Positions 1 through 16,099 of a stretch of 64,000 nucleotides of DNA are shown piece by piece. The notes below the pieces were generated by a model, which saw only the letters and a program-made list of their open reading frames with translations, was not told where the DNA came from and ran no database searches. Position numbers and translations under genes: made by a program. Source of the stretch: the human T2T-CHM13v2.0 reference genome, Homo sapiens. The stretch lies in NCBI RefSeq assembly GCF_009914755.1, contig NC_060940.1; one strand, written 5' to 3'. The stretch's first letter is position 1. Each line of letters starts with the position of its first letter.

Positions 1-22
1 TCTGTCTCAAAAAAAAAAAAAA
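1..22 (+). mobile_element. 3' end and poly(A) tail of an Alu cut by the window edge
   Basis: tctgtctc followed by an A-run, typical of an Alu 3' end. Confidence 0.75.
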
Positions 23-909
23 GAACATGGAGTCTCATGGAGTCTGTGTCAAGCAGAGCTGTGCACAGGGCGGACCAGGCCCCTGCCTGTCTTCCCTGTA
101 TGGGGGTGGTGAGGCAAACAACAGATAGAAGACTGAATGAGACCACACCAGGCAGGGGAGCCTGTGCCACTGAGAACATGAGTGAGGAGAAAGGGGGAGG
201 TGGGGGGGGGCAAGGTAAGCGGATGGCTGGGGGAGGCCTCGGAGGAGGGGGCAAGGGGGCAAAGAATTGAGATGAGGGACCAGGCCCGGGGCACAGCAGG
301 CCCAAAGGCCATGCAGTGGGTCCAGGCTGGGCTGGCCATGCAAGCCCCATGTCGGGATGCACACAGGCAGAGGTGGGGGCCAGGGCCAGGGAGTGTTCTT
401 GGCTTTTACGGACTCCTAGAGGTGGACAGCACCCAGTGACAGTGGTGGTCGGACTCCCCTGGGAGAGCGCTCTGCACTCTTGGTCTTATTCAGTGAGACC
501 CACTGGGGTCCCACTCAGTTATGCCACTGTGGGCGCCAGCCCTAGTCCCAGTGGTTACTGGAAGCACTGGCTGAAGCTGCTCCCAGACTGTGGCTTTTGA
601 GCCTGGCTTATTCCTTGGGGCTCAGAACACCCATCCTACAGGCTGCGCATTTGATGAAAATTAAATCGTCCCCCTCGCCTCTTTCTCAACCTGTCATTGT
701 CCAAACACTGAAGTCCTCTCTGACCTCCCCAGGGGCAGCCTGCTTTCCACAGGCCATTACGGTGAGTCCATGTACCCCACAGGGTTAATCACAGGGGTTC
801 AAGTTAGTGATATAAAAAACTCAAATCTCATACACATTAAGTTGTGTGTGGTCAGAAGTCATGGCTTCATGGATACACCATTATGGATGTTTTTCATTTA
901 ACTTTTTAA

Positions 910-1261
<352 letters not shown>

Positions 1262-1284
1262 TAATCTCAAAGAGGCAGCAAAGG

Positions 1285-1455
1285 AGTGGGTTAAGAGATC
1301 CCAATTTCATCACTTGGCAGCAGCAACACTTAGTTTAGTTATTTAAGATCTCAGTTTCCTCACCTGCAAAATGGTGGTATTAATAGTACCTACCCTAAAA
1401 GAGGAGTAAGTGAGAGGTCGTGGCCAAAACGCTTAGCACGGTGCATGGCACAGGG
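1285..1455 (+). mobile_element. MIR SINE
   Basis: Core tcagtttcctcacctgcaaaatgg...aatagtacctacc...gcttagcacggtgcatggcaca; boundaries approximate. Confidence 0.8.
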
Positions 1456-1659
1456 TATGTACACATCACTTTTCCCCTTATCTACTAAGGAGAGAAATCT
1501 CGGAAACAGTCGTACACTCACTCAAGCACTACTTGCACACACATCTTGTGCTGAGGTACTGGGCAGTGCACTGGGGCTGCAGAGAACAGAGGACAGTCAT
1601 TACTTACCTGGAAAGACAGTATGAGGCTGCCGAGCAGATGCCTGGGCCCAGGGAAGACT

Positions 1660-1910
1660 GATCTTCCTGTCCCCTGGGCGCGTTGGGGACTTATGACCAG
1701 CTCTGGCCTATGAGCTGTGAATAGAGGTGATACATGTCACTTCCAGGCTGGAAGACTTAATTCCCAGGGCCGGATCACCTCTCTCCCCTGCCTAGATGAC
1801 AGGAACAGATATGATGAGAGGTGGTCTTTGAAAACTCAGGCTCCTGAGTGACTTTGATGAACAGAGCCCTCTGCTAAGCTGGGGTTGGCTCAGGGTGGTC
1901 ACTGAGACTA
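1660..1910 (+). mobile_element. Old MaLR LTR fragment (MLT1-like)
   Basis: tgaccagctctggcctatgagctgtg...gtgatacatgtcacttccaggctggaa resembles MLT1I/J; approximate. Confidence 0.55.
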
Positions 1911-1951
1911 AGTTTCTTTAAAAAGAAACATACATGTATCTTTAATATTAT

Positions 1952-2056
1952 GATTGCTTGAGGCTAAGAGTTCCAGGCTACTGTGAGCCATGAGCCATGA
2001 GCCATTACACTCCAGCGTAGGTGACAGAGTGAGGCTCTGTCTAAAAAAAAATAAAA
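1952..2056 (+). mobile_element. Old Alu monomer fragment (FRAM/AluJ right arm)
   Basis: gattgcttgaggctaagagttccaggct...cactccagc...gacagagtgag...tgtct plus A tail. Confidence 0.8.
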
Positions 2057-2359
2057 TCCCACAACATCTATAATATGGAATGTCTGGCATCTTTGGTTAA
2101 TTGTGGCAATGCCTGAATTATAAAACAGATAAGCTCCTCAGAGAATGTGCCTTTTTTTTTTTTTTTACCATGAATTATTGTGATGAACTCCATAGCTATT
2201 GATGGTAGTTTTCCAGAAACTTCCAGTAAAGGAGGAGAGCAGACGCTGGACTAAGTTAGGCCCTCGCTAAACATTTTGCAAATTCCTTCCATGGAAATAC
2301 CTTCCTTTACTGTCACATTTCTTTTCAAATTTTCACAGTAACAAAAGTGTTTTACTCCC

Positions 2360-3050
2360 ATTTTTTATTTTGAAAAATTTCAAATTTACAGAATTGCAAG
2401 AACAATACAATCAATACCCAGGCACCACGGGTTCAACAACTGTTCTCATCTTACTACCTTTGCACGACCTTCTGCCCTCCTTCTCCCCTCTGACCCCACC
2501 TTGGTTGAATCTTTTGAATCTTCTCCTTCTTCTTCTTCTTTTTGAGACAGGGTCTTGCTCTGTCACCCAGGCAGGAATGTAGTGGTGCAATCATGGCTTA
2601 CTGCAGCCTCAACCTCCCAGGCCCAAGTAATTCTCTGCCTCTGCCTCCCACATAGCTGGCACTACAGGTGCTCAGCACCACACCCGGCTTTTTTTTTTTT
2701 TTTTTTTTTTTTGTATTTTTTATAGAGATAGGGTCTCACTGTGTTGCCCAGGCTGGTCTTGAAACCCTGAGCTCAAGCGATCCTCCCACCTCAGCCTCCC
2801 AAACTGCTGGGATTACAGGCATGAGCCACCATGCCCGGCAGGGTGAATTTTTTAAAGGTTGCAGAGATGATGAATATCAGCCCCAAACATTTTGACACGT
2901 ACCTTCTAAAAGCAAGGACATGCTCTTACTTGACCATGTATAATTATCGCACGCAAGAATCTTACCCTTGATTCAAGGTTATTATCTCATACACATCCCA
3001 GATGCAAATCTTCCCAAGTCTCCTCAAACCTGTCCTTGGTTGCTGTTTAA
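2360..3050 (-). mobile_element. Old L1M 3'-end fragment interrupted by an AluJ
   Basis: ttttattttgaaaaatttcaaatttacaga...; ttctaaaagcaaggacatgctcttac resemble L1MC/ME 3' ends; approximate. Confidence 0.55.
2530..2839 (-). mobile_element. AluJ
   Basis: gagacagggtcttgctctgtcaccc...ctgcagcctcaacctcc...gctcaagcgatcctcccacctcagcc; expanded T-rich middle linker. Confidence 0.92.
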
Positions 3051-3053
3051 AAT

Positions 3054-3372
<319 letters not shown>

Positions 3373-4329
3373 TTACTTGTTGAGTTTCTTTAATCCTTGT
3401 GACCAACAGCAGTTCTCACTACCCACCCGCTTCTGTAGTCCTTTCTGGCCCTGCCCTTTGTCGATGGCGCAGCATGGCTTTCACTCACCGGAAAACTCAC
3501 ACACAGTAAAATGAGCTTGAACTGAGTTTTAGAAAAGACACTTTTTTTGTCCCACAAAAGTTTAGAAGCCGGATTACAATGGATTTTTAGGAGGTGGCGC
3601 CGACTTTGTGTAACCCAAGGGCTCCTCGGTTCTCAGGCAGCTTCTGGAAGCCTGGGACTCCTCTGCCACCCGATCCCTTTCCTCAAAACCAAGGCACCTC
3701 GTGACCCCAGAAAAGAAATGTTTGAAGGATATTGAAATGAATGAATGGGAAATAGTGAGACAAGAAACAAAACTCCTTTCACTTGTCCCCTCTTTGAGTT
3801 CTCTGTTGTACCTCAAAAGTAGAAGTGGCTGCTGCCCAGTTTCAAAGTCTGCCTCTTGTTCAAGCCAACCCTCTAAACACACGACCAGCACAAACAGCTT
3901 TCTGATGAATTCCCTGAAGCTCACGCCACACCTCGGGCAGAAAGACAGCTGCAGCGGGAAAACATGGACGAGGCAATTTGTTCAACAACTCCGGGGGAAG
4001 AAAATGCAGACTTCTAGCCACCTAAGAGGCATAGATTTTATTTGGGGAAAACCCCAGCAAGTTTCCCTAGAGAAAATTTCTTGCTCCCCGAGCAGTTTCA
4101 AAGACATTTTTGTTTCCCAACAGATCATGTTCTTGACACGTTGCGAAGTTACGGGAAATGTTTTTTAATCGACGCGATGCAGTTTATCTCCTTTCTCTGC
4201 TTTTACAGATTTCTGAAGGCTCCATTCCAGCCGTGCAATGCCCAGGAGTATCCACAAGGTGTCAGCACCTTCATGATAAGCAGGGCGGGCCGGGCGGTCT
4301 TTTTCTTTTTCCTTTTCTCGTAGTAGTTC

Positions 4330-4520
4330 CCTGGTTGGCCTCAAGATGACGCCAACACCCACGGAGTCCGCCCAGCCGCTCCAGGTGCAGCGGCCACGGG
4401 CCGGGAGGAGCGCAGCGCGGTGGGGGCGGAAGGCGAATTAAATACCTTTAGGCTTTATCGCCGCTTATTATTCCAGGAACACGCGAGGCCCTCTGGGACC
4501 CGATTCCGCGTTCGGCTCAC
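4330..4520. promoter_or_regulatory. Small CpG-rich patch upstream of FOXC2
   Basis: Dense CpGs and a GC box gggggcgg near 4422-4429. Confidence 0.5.
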
Positions 4521-4835
4521 TGACTTACAAGGTCAAGAAGGGGGAAAATCAGCCAGAAAGTAGCAGCCCCCCATCCGAAATACCCTGGCAGGTTAAAGAA
4601 AAGCTGGGAAATACGGTTTTTGCAAAGTCCAGGTGTATGGAAGGCGTTGTTTTAATAACCTGAACAAACATCTTTCCCGGAGTCCCACTGAGCAAACAAG
4701 AAACCTAATTCCAGGGGTAAAGGGAAGTGTCTCTCTCACCTTTTCTGTCTTGATGAGACGAATTTCTTTCCCCTCCCCTTTTCCTTTCTTTGGGGCGGGG
4801 GAGGGTGGATAATATATTGGGCGACTCGATTTAGG

Positions 4836-4860
4836 TGTTTGTTTGTTTGTTTGTTTGTTT
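4836..4860. repeat. (TTTG)n microsatellite
   Basis: tgtttgtttgtttgtttgtttgttt. Confidence 0.95.
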
Positions 4861-4984
4861 CCCCAGATGACATTGGTTTAAACCGGGACACCCTTGTGAA
4901 TACAAACGTAGGCAGCAACTGCCATTTTGGAATTTATTTTTTCATAGTCCTTAGCTATTTTAGGTTTTGCTGTGATAAAGCTGT

Positions 4985-4985
<1 letters not shown>

Positions 4986-5021
<36 letters not shown>
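4986..5021. repeat. Compound (CT)n(CA)n microsatellite
   Basis: Read directly from the sequence. Confidence 0.95.
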
Positions 5022-5461
5022 CCCTCGTAAAAGCAGAGTAAATAATATTCCTCCAGGAAGCCTACAGGCTGAGGAGTGTTTCTTGATCAATAGTTTGCAT
5101 TTCCAGTAAAATCGTGACACGAACTCAGTGTGCCTGTCATGCGCTGCAGGAGAAGGGCACTTTTTGCTAGTCCTTTTTTTTTTTTAAGCTAGATGCGGAA
5201 ATACTAGCTTATTAAAAATAATAAAGTCATGGTGGGAGTTTAGGGTTGGGGCAGAAAGCTCAAATCATTTGCCTGTGAGCTGAGAACTGGGCAGCTTTAT
5301 TTTACTTTGTTTCTAAGAAAGAAGAAAAAGGATCAGGTTAGAAAAAGAGCCCAGAATACTCATAAAAACAATGTTTCAGAAGTGGAATATTCAAGGTAAA
5401 GGAACCTGATTTGTAGCTTCCCTTTGGCTTTGAATTGATCAGGAGACAAAGATAATGCATC

Positions 5462-9158
<3,697 letters not shown>

Positions 9159-10014
9159 CGTGTCCCGGGACCTCCCCTCCCCGGCCCGCTCCGGCTTCGC
9201 TTCCCAGCCCCGACCCAACCAGACAATTAAGGGGCTGCAGAGACGCAAAAAAGAAACAAAACATGTCCACCAACCTTTTCTCAGACCCGGGAGCAGAGAG
9301 CGGGCACGCTAGCCCCCAGCCGTCTGTGAAGAGCGCAGGTAACTTTAATTCGCCGCCCCGTTTCTGGGATCCCAGGAAACCCCTCCAAAGGGACGCAGCC
9401 CAACAAAATGAGTATTGGTCTTAAAATCCCCCTCCCCTACCAGGACGGCTGTGCTGTGCTCGACCTGAGCTTTCAAAAGTTAAGTTATGGACCAAATCCC
9501 ATAGCGAGCCCCTAGTGACTTTCTGTAGGGGTCCCCATAGGTGTATGGGGGTCTCTATAGATAATATATGTGCTGTGTGTAATTTTAAATTTCTCCAACC
9601 GTGCTGTACAAATGTGTGGATTTGTAATCAGGCTATTTTGTTGTTGTTGTTGTTGTTCAGAGCCATTAATATAATATTTAAAGTTGAGTTCACTGGATAA
9701 GTTTTTCATCTTGCCCAACCATTTCTAACTGCCAAATTGAATTCAAGAAACCGATGTGGGTTTTGTTTCCTGTACAATTATGAGATATAATTCTTTTTCC
9801 CATTGTAGGTCTTTTACAAAACAAGAAAATAATTTATTTTTTTGTTGGTGGATAAAGAAGTCAAGTATCTGATACTTTTTATTTACAAAGTGTGATGGTT
9901 TTGTATAGTAGGTTCCACCCTGAGTATTCCTAAAAGAAAAAAAAAAAAAAGCTTAAAAACTCTAACTTCATCTGTGTTTGTCTTACGTGGTCTTAATCGT
10001 TGTACTTACCTTAA

Positions 10015-10020
10015 AATAAA
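10015..10020 (+). terminator. FOXC2: FOXC2 poly(A) signal
   Basis: AATAAA after an AU-rich 3'UTR, followed by a GT-rich element (gtgtgtttgtgttgttg ~10053-10070). Confidence 0.8.
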
Positions 10021-13000
10021 CCCATGTTGTTTTTTCTGCCCAAAGTTTGGACAGTGTGTTTGTGTTGTTGCATTTTTTACAAATGAGGTGTGTTTGCAAA
10101 CCCACCTGCTTTGATTATTTTTGTTACACAGGTGGGTATATGTGTAGACACATAAAAACGACCAGAGAATAGGAGCACACACCTGCTGTCTTGTTTAGTG
10201 ACAGAAAAAGGCTTTTGATTAATTTTAAAATCCCACTCTAGGATTTTTTCTTTTCGAGAAACCGCCCAGTTGGAGGGGGCTGCCTGAAGGACCGGACCAT
10301 GAGTTTGCCGTGATGCATTTTCTTAAATGCACAAAAACATGCTAATTGTCAAAACAAACAGTGCCACTCCATCTCAGTGTCCAGCCGTCCCCAGTTTAGG
10401 AGGTGAAGGAAGGGAAGAATAAACATTTCCCGTTTGCTAACTGCAACCCAGGGTGAGTCCTGCTTTCCCCCGATTTTATAAAATTTGAGCCTCTTTGCCT
10501 GCTTTAATAGTTTTCCAGAGAATTTGAACTGGGCCAATGAAGGTCTGAAGGGGACGGATTTTCTAGCGTTTGATATCCATCCCCCTTAGCGGCCAGATCA
10601 GAGGGGAATTTCAGACTTTATTACTTCTCAATGTCATGTCTAAATCTACACCCTCATCGCAGTGAAAAATTTTAAAACCTCATTACCCTTCAAAAATAAT
10701 TTATGATATTTTTAGAGTTCTAAATTCAAGTTTTTCAATATGTTAAATAATAGAGATTATTTTTTGTTTTCAATGTTAATATCTCGTCTTTTACATTTTT
10801 AATAGTAACATAGTTTTTGTGAAATGTAGCTGACGAAATGGCTTTATTATCTATTTCAATGGCTGAAGTCCACCACTCCCCTGCTGGCCTCTATGTGTGA
10901 ATTTGGGGACCAAAGCTTCATCAATTCCCACCCCAGCAGGTGAGCTGTACCTTGCTAATGCTGAAGTTCTTTGTGAGCTTAACGTTTCAAGACCAGATGA
11001 TTTTGCTAAAGGTGATTTTGCTTGATGCAGTGGCGCTGAACGTAACCCGGGTGTTTTTCTTGTTGTTTTCAACATGGCACTTTATCTCCACGCTATGTTG
11101 AAATAGAATTAGGGGAAGCTTAAAGCATAATAATTTTCCCCACATGTGCAACACAGACTCTTTCAATCTGTGGCCCCAGAGGTGGCACACAGTTAAGACT
11201 TGGCGGCTGTCTCATTCTTTTTCATAATGTGCGGGTTCCCGGGTGTCCGGGTGCTAGACTTTCAGCAGGCCCCAGGCCAGACGGGCTTTGGTTGAGTGAA
11301 CAGGAGGAGGAAGTTAAGGAGGTAGGGGTGGGGAGAGACCCTCTCCAAGCTGCAGAAGAAGGTGGCCCAAGCTCCTTGCCTGCGTCTGCCGTGATGGTTT
11401 CATTTTACTTCTGCTCGCTTCATGCTATTTGCCCCAGGAGAAGAGGAGAGTATTCCAGACGGTAAGCGAGCTGGCTTTTTCCCTTCCCTAGACGTTTTAA
11501 AGAAATCTTTCTGAAAGCTTGCCCTCATCGTAAGCTTTGAAACCGTTGGTGTCCTGTTAGTGGCGAGGCCTGAGAGACACACGGAAAATAAAGGAGAGCG
11601 ACGGTGTGGCTGAGAGCCCCCAGCTCTGCTGTTGAAACTAAGCTGGGCTTTTGCACCTTTAGGAAGCCTTTTTAAAGAAGTCCTGCTGTGTGGGGGCCGG
11701 AAGCCCAAGTGAGTGGCCCTTGTGGAGGTTATCGGGAGGGGTTTTTTCCATTCCTTGGGGAACGTGGGCAACGGGGGGATTGTATCTGAAGCTTTATTCA
11801 GGTCTTCGGCGGCAGCAGAGTGGAGAACCAGGCCCTTAGTGTGTAGCGGCCTGGGGATTTTGGGACTCATCTGAGGGCCCTGTCACTCAAGGTTTCCTCG
11901 TTTCAGTGGGGACAGGGATAGGTGCGGTAAGTGCTAGAAGGCCGGTGGCCCCTTGTGCTGTGAGCTGGCTCAGAGCTCTGTGCAGCCCCTGTCTTCTGCA
12001 ACCCCTGCGTCCTGCAGTGCCTGTGTGGACCTCAGGCCTGGGGGCTTAATGGCCTCTGGGGCATCTGTTGCTCTCCCAGCAGAGTGGGAAGATTCCACAG
12101 CACGTGCTGTGAATAGCCAATGTTCTCACCAACAGTTTTGCATCTTGGCAGCCACCCTGCTCATCTGCTGCCCAGTGTACAAAAAGTACGTGCCCGGGGC
12201 ATTGGCTATTCTTGATTCACTCATCTACCACCTTTTCCTGTTGCCTTCTGGTCCTCAGGAGGTTCTGGGCCTTTCAAGGAAAGGTGGAAGGAGGTTGAGG
12301 ATGGTAGGGTCAGAGTGTCTGCCACAGGCTGCAGGGACTCTGGGCTGGGGCGGCTCTGCAGACCACGCAAATGCAGTTTGCACGAAGTCTGTCTGATAAC
12401 CCTGTGCCTTCCTGACCCAGTAAGAAGATATCGCAGGGCTAATCACAAAGGTGTGGCAAATAAAATGAAAGTGCCCGAACACCATGGCAGAGACCTTCCC
12501 ATTGATTTAACGCTGCGTCCCTGGCGGGTTTTGGCTGGGTGGCTTCTGACTCTAAGCACAGTCCGGTTATGACAGATATGGGCCACCCGGAGAGACCCCC
12601 ATGGCCTCTGAGCATCCCGTACATTCTCAGCCCCAGAGAGGCTATAGCCAGAGTAGCCTCCTCGAATGGGCCATCTTGTGTAACTTCTGAGGCTCCACCC
12701 CAAGTTCACAGCTTTCAGGAAGAGGGACTGCCTGCATCCTGCTGGCCGTGCCCAGGCCTCTCGAAGGCTGGGCTTGGGTCTGTGGTCAAAAGGCCATCAC
12801 TGCTCTGGAATAGGTGACCTATCCCTGAAGATGCAAATCTTGCTGTGACTTTTGTCCGGGAATTGCTGGAGCACTGGGCTAGGAATGAGAAGACCACATC
12901 TTTCTGTGTGAACAAACCACTTCCCCTGCCTGGCCTTGGTCTCTTTATCTGTAAAATGACCAGGTGGCCAGGGCTGCGCTGCGCTCCCCTTCTGGGCATA

Positions 13001-15189
13001 GCCAGGGCTGCTGCCATGGGGCCTCACTTACGCTGCTGACCCTCCTGCCACCAAGACATGAAGATCAGAAACCAGACGCAGAAGAAAACACAGGGTCCTG
13101 GGAACTTCTGCGCTTGGCTCATAAATCTTTCGGGGGTCCGTCCCCTTCTCTTTACCCAGTGACTGCATGGGGGTTGCTGCTGGCGCAGGGAGAGGCTTGT
13201 GAACAGAGCTCCCAGCTCACCGGTGAAAATGAACCCTGTGTGCTTGTGAAGGTCTCCTCACTCCTCCTCCCCACCCCCATCCAAAAAAGGGGGTGGGGGT
13301 GTTGGGCAAGGTTGGTTGATGGGAACTTATTGTTAACTGAAAACATGAGCTGGGTGGAGCTGGAGACACCAAGATAAGACACTCATTGAAGGGTGGGCAG
13401 AGCCACGTGTCTGGAGAAAGTGCTGGGGTCTCCGAGCCTGTGGTTGGCACCTTGGGAACGTGTGTTTGCCTGGGTCCCTGGCTGACTCTCTCAGTGGGAT
13501 GAAGGTGGGTAAGTAGAGACCTGAGGTTTTATGCCTTAGGTGCCAGTAGGCTGAGGCTGGTTGGGGGTCTGGAGTCCAGTGCCTTTGTTCCAGGTGAGTG
13601 GGACAGGCCGGGTCAGAGCTACCCAGAGAGCCCGCCCCTTGCCTCCCAGTGAGCACTTCCTTGCAGCACATATTTGAAATGCTTTCCCAAACTTTGAGAA
13701 GCGTTCCCTGCCTGCCTCTTGCATGGCCTCAGCTCACGAAGACGTTTGAAATGTTTGCTTTTTGACATAGGCATGTAAGGAAGGGGGCGGACGGTTTCAG
13801 GGGAGATTGGAAGGCTGGCAGCCGCTCTTCAGGGACAGCCACTGGGTCTGGGAAGACACCACCCACCTGTAATTTGTGCCAGGCTTTCTCTTCCCTTTTC
13901 AACCTTCCTGCTGTAGAGCAAAAGCAGAGGGCTAGGTTTGTCTGAGTGTCAGCCTTGTGGGGACTTCATCCTGGGTGGTGGGTGTGTGAAGAGGGAAGGG
14001 GGCATGGTTGGTAAAGCTGCTGGCATCCCAGACCCATTTAGGGGATGGAGCTGGGAGGCTTCCACCCCCTTTGTGTCCTGAGGTGCAGCTTCATGCTCTG
14101 GAACCTCAGTCTATGCCCACCCAGGCTGCGAGGTCGTGGAGACCCTGGGCCTCACCTGTCTCAGCGGCCCTCTGGCCCTGGGTCTCCATCTGTCTTGTGT
14201 TATTTTCACAGGTGGCCTTCCTAGTGGAGTCCCTCTCTCTAAGGCTGAATCCATGTGCACCAACTCAGGCCCTTACTAAGATTCAGGTGACATCAGACAG
14301 ATCACCTTAAGCACTCTGGGACAGTCTCTCGGCTGAAAACAGTCATAGCATTGAGAGGGTTATCTCCGGGATTCATGAACGTCACACAGGTTGGCAAGGT
14401 GCTTCCATAGTGTCGTGTTCATAGTAAACTGTCATGACCAGCCATTAAGGTTTACGTGGAACACAGAAGAGAAAAAGAGGAAGAGAAAAGAATCTTTGGT
14501 CTGAGTGACCTGCATTTATCATACCGTGCCATGCAGCCCCGGCAGGGAATGCCACTGTGTCTGGGAAGATGCCACTCACCTTTAATTCTGCCAGGCTTTT
14601 CCTTCCTTTTTCAACCTTCCTGCTCTACAGGGAAAGCAGAGGGTTGGGCTTTTCAAAAACGCAGTGAGAGCATGTGCACCAACTGCCTCTGTTTAGAGCC
14701 TTTCGATCATTTCTGGGAACAAGGTGTGCTATAAATAAGTGCATCATTTGGGAAGTCCCGCCCAGCTTTTGGGTCTCCTTCTGCATTTGCTGATTCAGTG
14801 GGACCACCATTACCTTCATGTCCTGCTCACTGCCTCCCAAGAGAAGGGAGGCCCTGGGCCCTGCTACTCCAGCTCTGGAAATCTTCCACTCTTTTCAAAG
14901 TGGGCGGGGAGGGAAGGAGGAAGAGGTCTTCTGGGTTTTGGTGGAACATAAGCAAGGACTCTGGGATTTTCTTATAATGTCCTGAATCTCCCAGCTCCAG
15001 GGGTGCTGCACACCCTCTCCTCTCTGGAGGGCCCCTCTCCCACTGTCTACTCCAGACAATCTCTGCCTCTGAGTCCTTCCAGATACCTGAGCATGTCAGA
15101 CCCCAGAGCACCCACTTTTGGAGGACACTCACGTGGGCTGTGGTCCCTGTGCGGCCATTTCCTACTTTCAGGGTCTTGGGGTGTTATGT

Positions 15190-15485
15190 GCCGAGCCTCA
15201 GTTTCATCATCTGTCAAATGGGTGAATCTGCCACGCCTGCCTTTCACAGATTTAGTAAGAGTTGGCAAGAGAACTTCCATGGAGCCCTGAGTGTCCACAC
15301 CTGGTGCTATTGTAAGATTATTTTCTGTCTTTGGAGCACTTCCTCATGGGACACCTGAGGCAGGTTAACTTACAGGGCGTTGTTCAGTTTCCTGGTTTGC
15401 AAAATGGGAGCGACAAAGGTTTCTATTAGGGCTGCTGTGAGGATGAAATGGCTCAGTACATTCTAGTTATTCATATTATTATCAT
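15190..15485 (+). mobile_element. Two MIR fragments (~15190-15260, ~15365-15485)
   Basis: gcctcagtttcatcatctgtcaaatggg; tcagtttcctggtttgcaaaatggg...gctgtgaggatgaaatg. Confidence 0.7.
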
Positions 15486-16099
15486 CTGTCTCCAATGTTT
15501 TTAGGTTGTCAGTAAGGTGAGGGGCTAAACCCTTCATCTTTCCACCGCAGCTCTTCTCAAACATGCTACACGCGGTTGAATCATGCATACGTATGTAACA
15601 CACACACGTCGTACATGCGGTAACTGTCTTTACGTTTGGAAAAGTGATGCAGATGTTTGGAAAGCGACACAGATTACTGTTAACTCAGGTTTCTGCTTTT
15701 TGCTTTCCAGTGAGGAAGGTTGAGTGGATGGCTTGGGGCGCAGTAGGAGGAGCTCTTGTCTCTTACCCGTCAGCCTTTTTATCTGAGGCCGTTTTCATCA
15801 CCAATGCCTGGTCTCTGATCTGCCTCCCTGAGGAACGCACATGCGCTTTGTCCCAGGACTGGGAAGGAGGCTGACTACCCTCATCCCACGCTGAACCCCG
15901 TTTCTGCTCAAGCCTCAGAGTTGGAAACTCCAGTCCTTCTGGAGCATCCGGGCAGGCCAGAGATCTCAGGCTTTTCTTGCAGGCTGGGAGGTGAGCCCTC
16001 ACCAAGTGATTTCTCAGATGACGCGCTTTTCTGGGATCCGAGGCTTATGAATCTACAGGGAACATTCAGTGTCTCCATCTGGCTCTCTAGGACACTCGT

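Noticed and set aside
192-260. G-rich stretch with G-quadruplex potential
   Set aside because: Common in GC-rich isochores and not tied to any feature I can identify
3701-4168. 155-aa ORF upstream of FOXC2
   Set aside because: Non-ATG start, no recognisable domain; length is plausible by chance
9937-9950. Genomic A-run in the FOXC2 3'UTR (also A-rich 9247-9261) as a transcript end or retrocopy tail
   Set aside because: No AATAAA just upstream and no TSD; more likely an internal oligo-dT priming site, with the real signal at 10015
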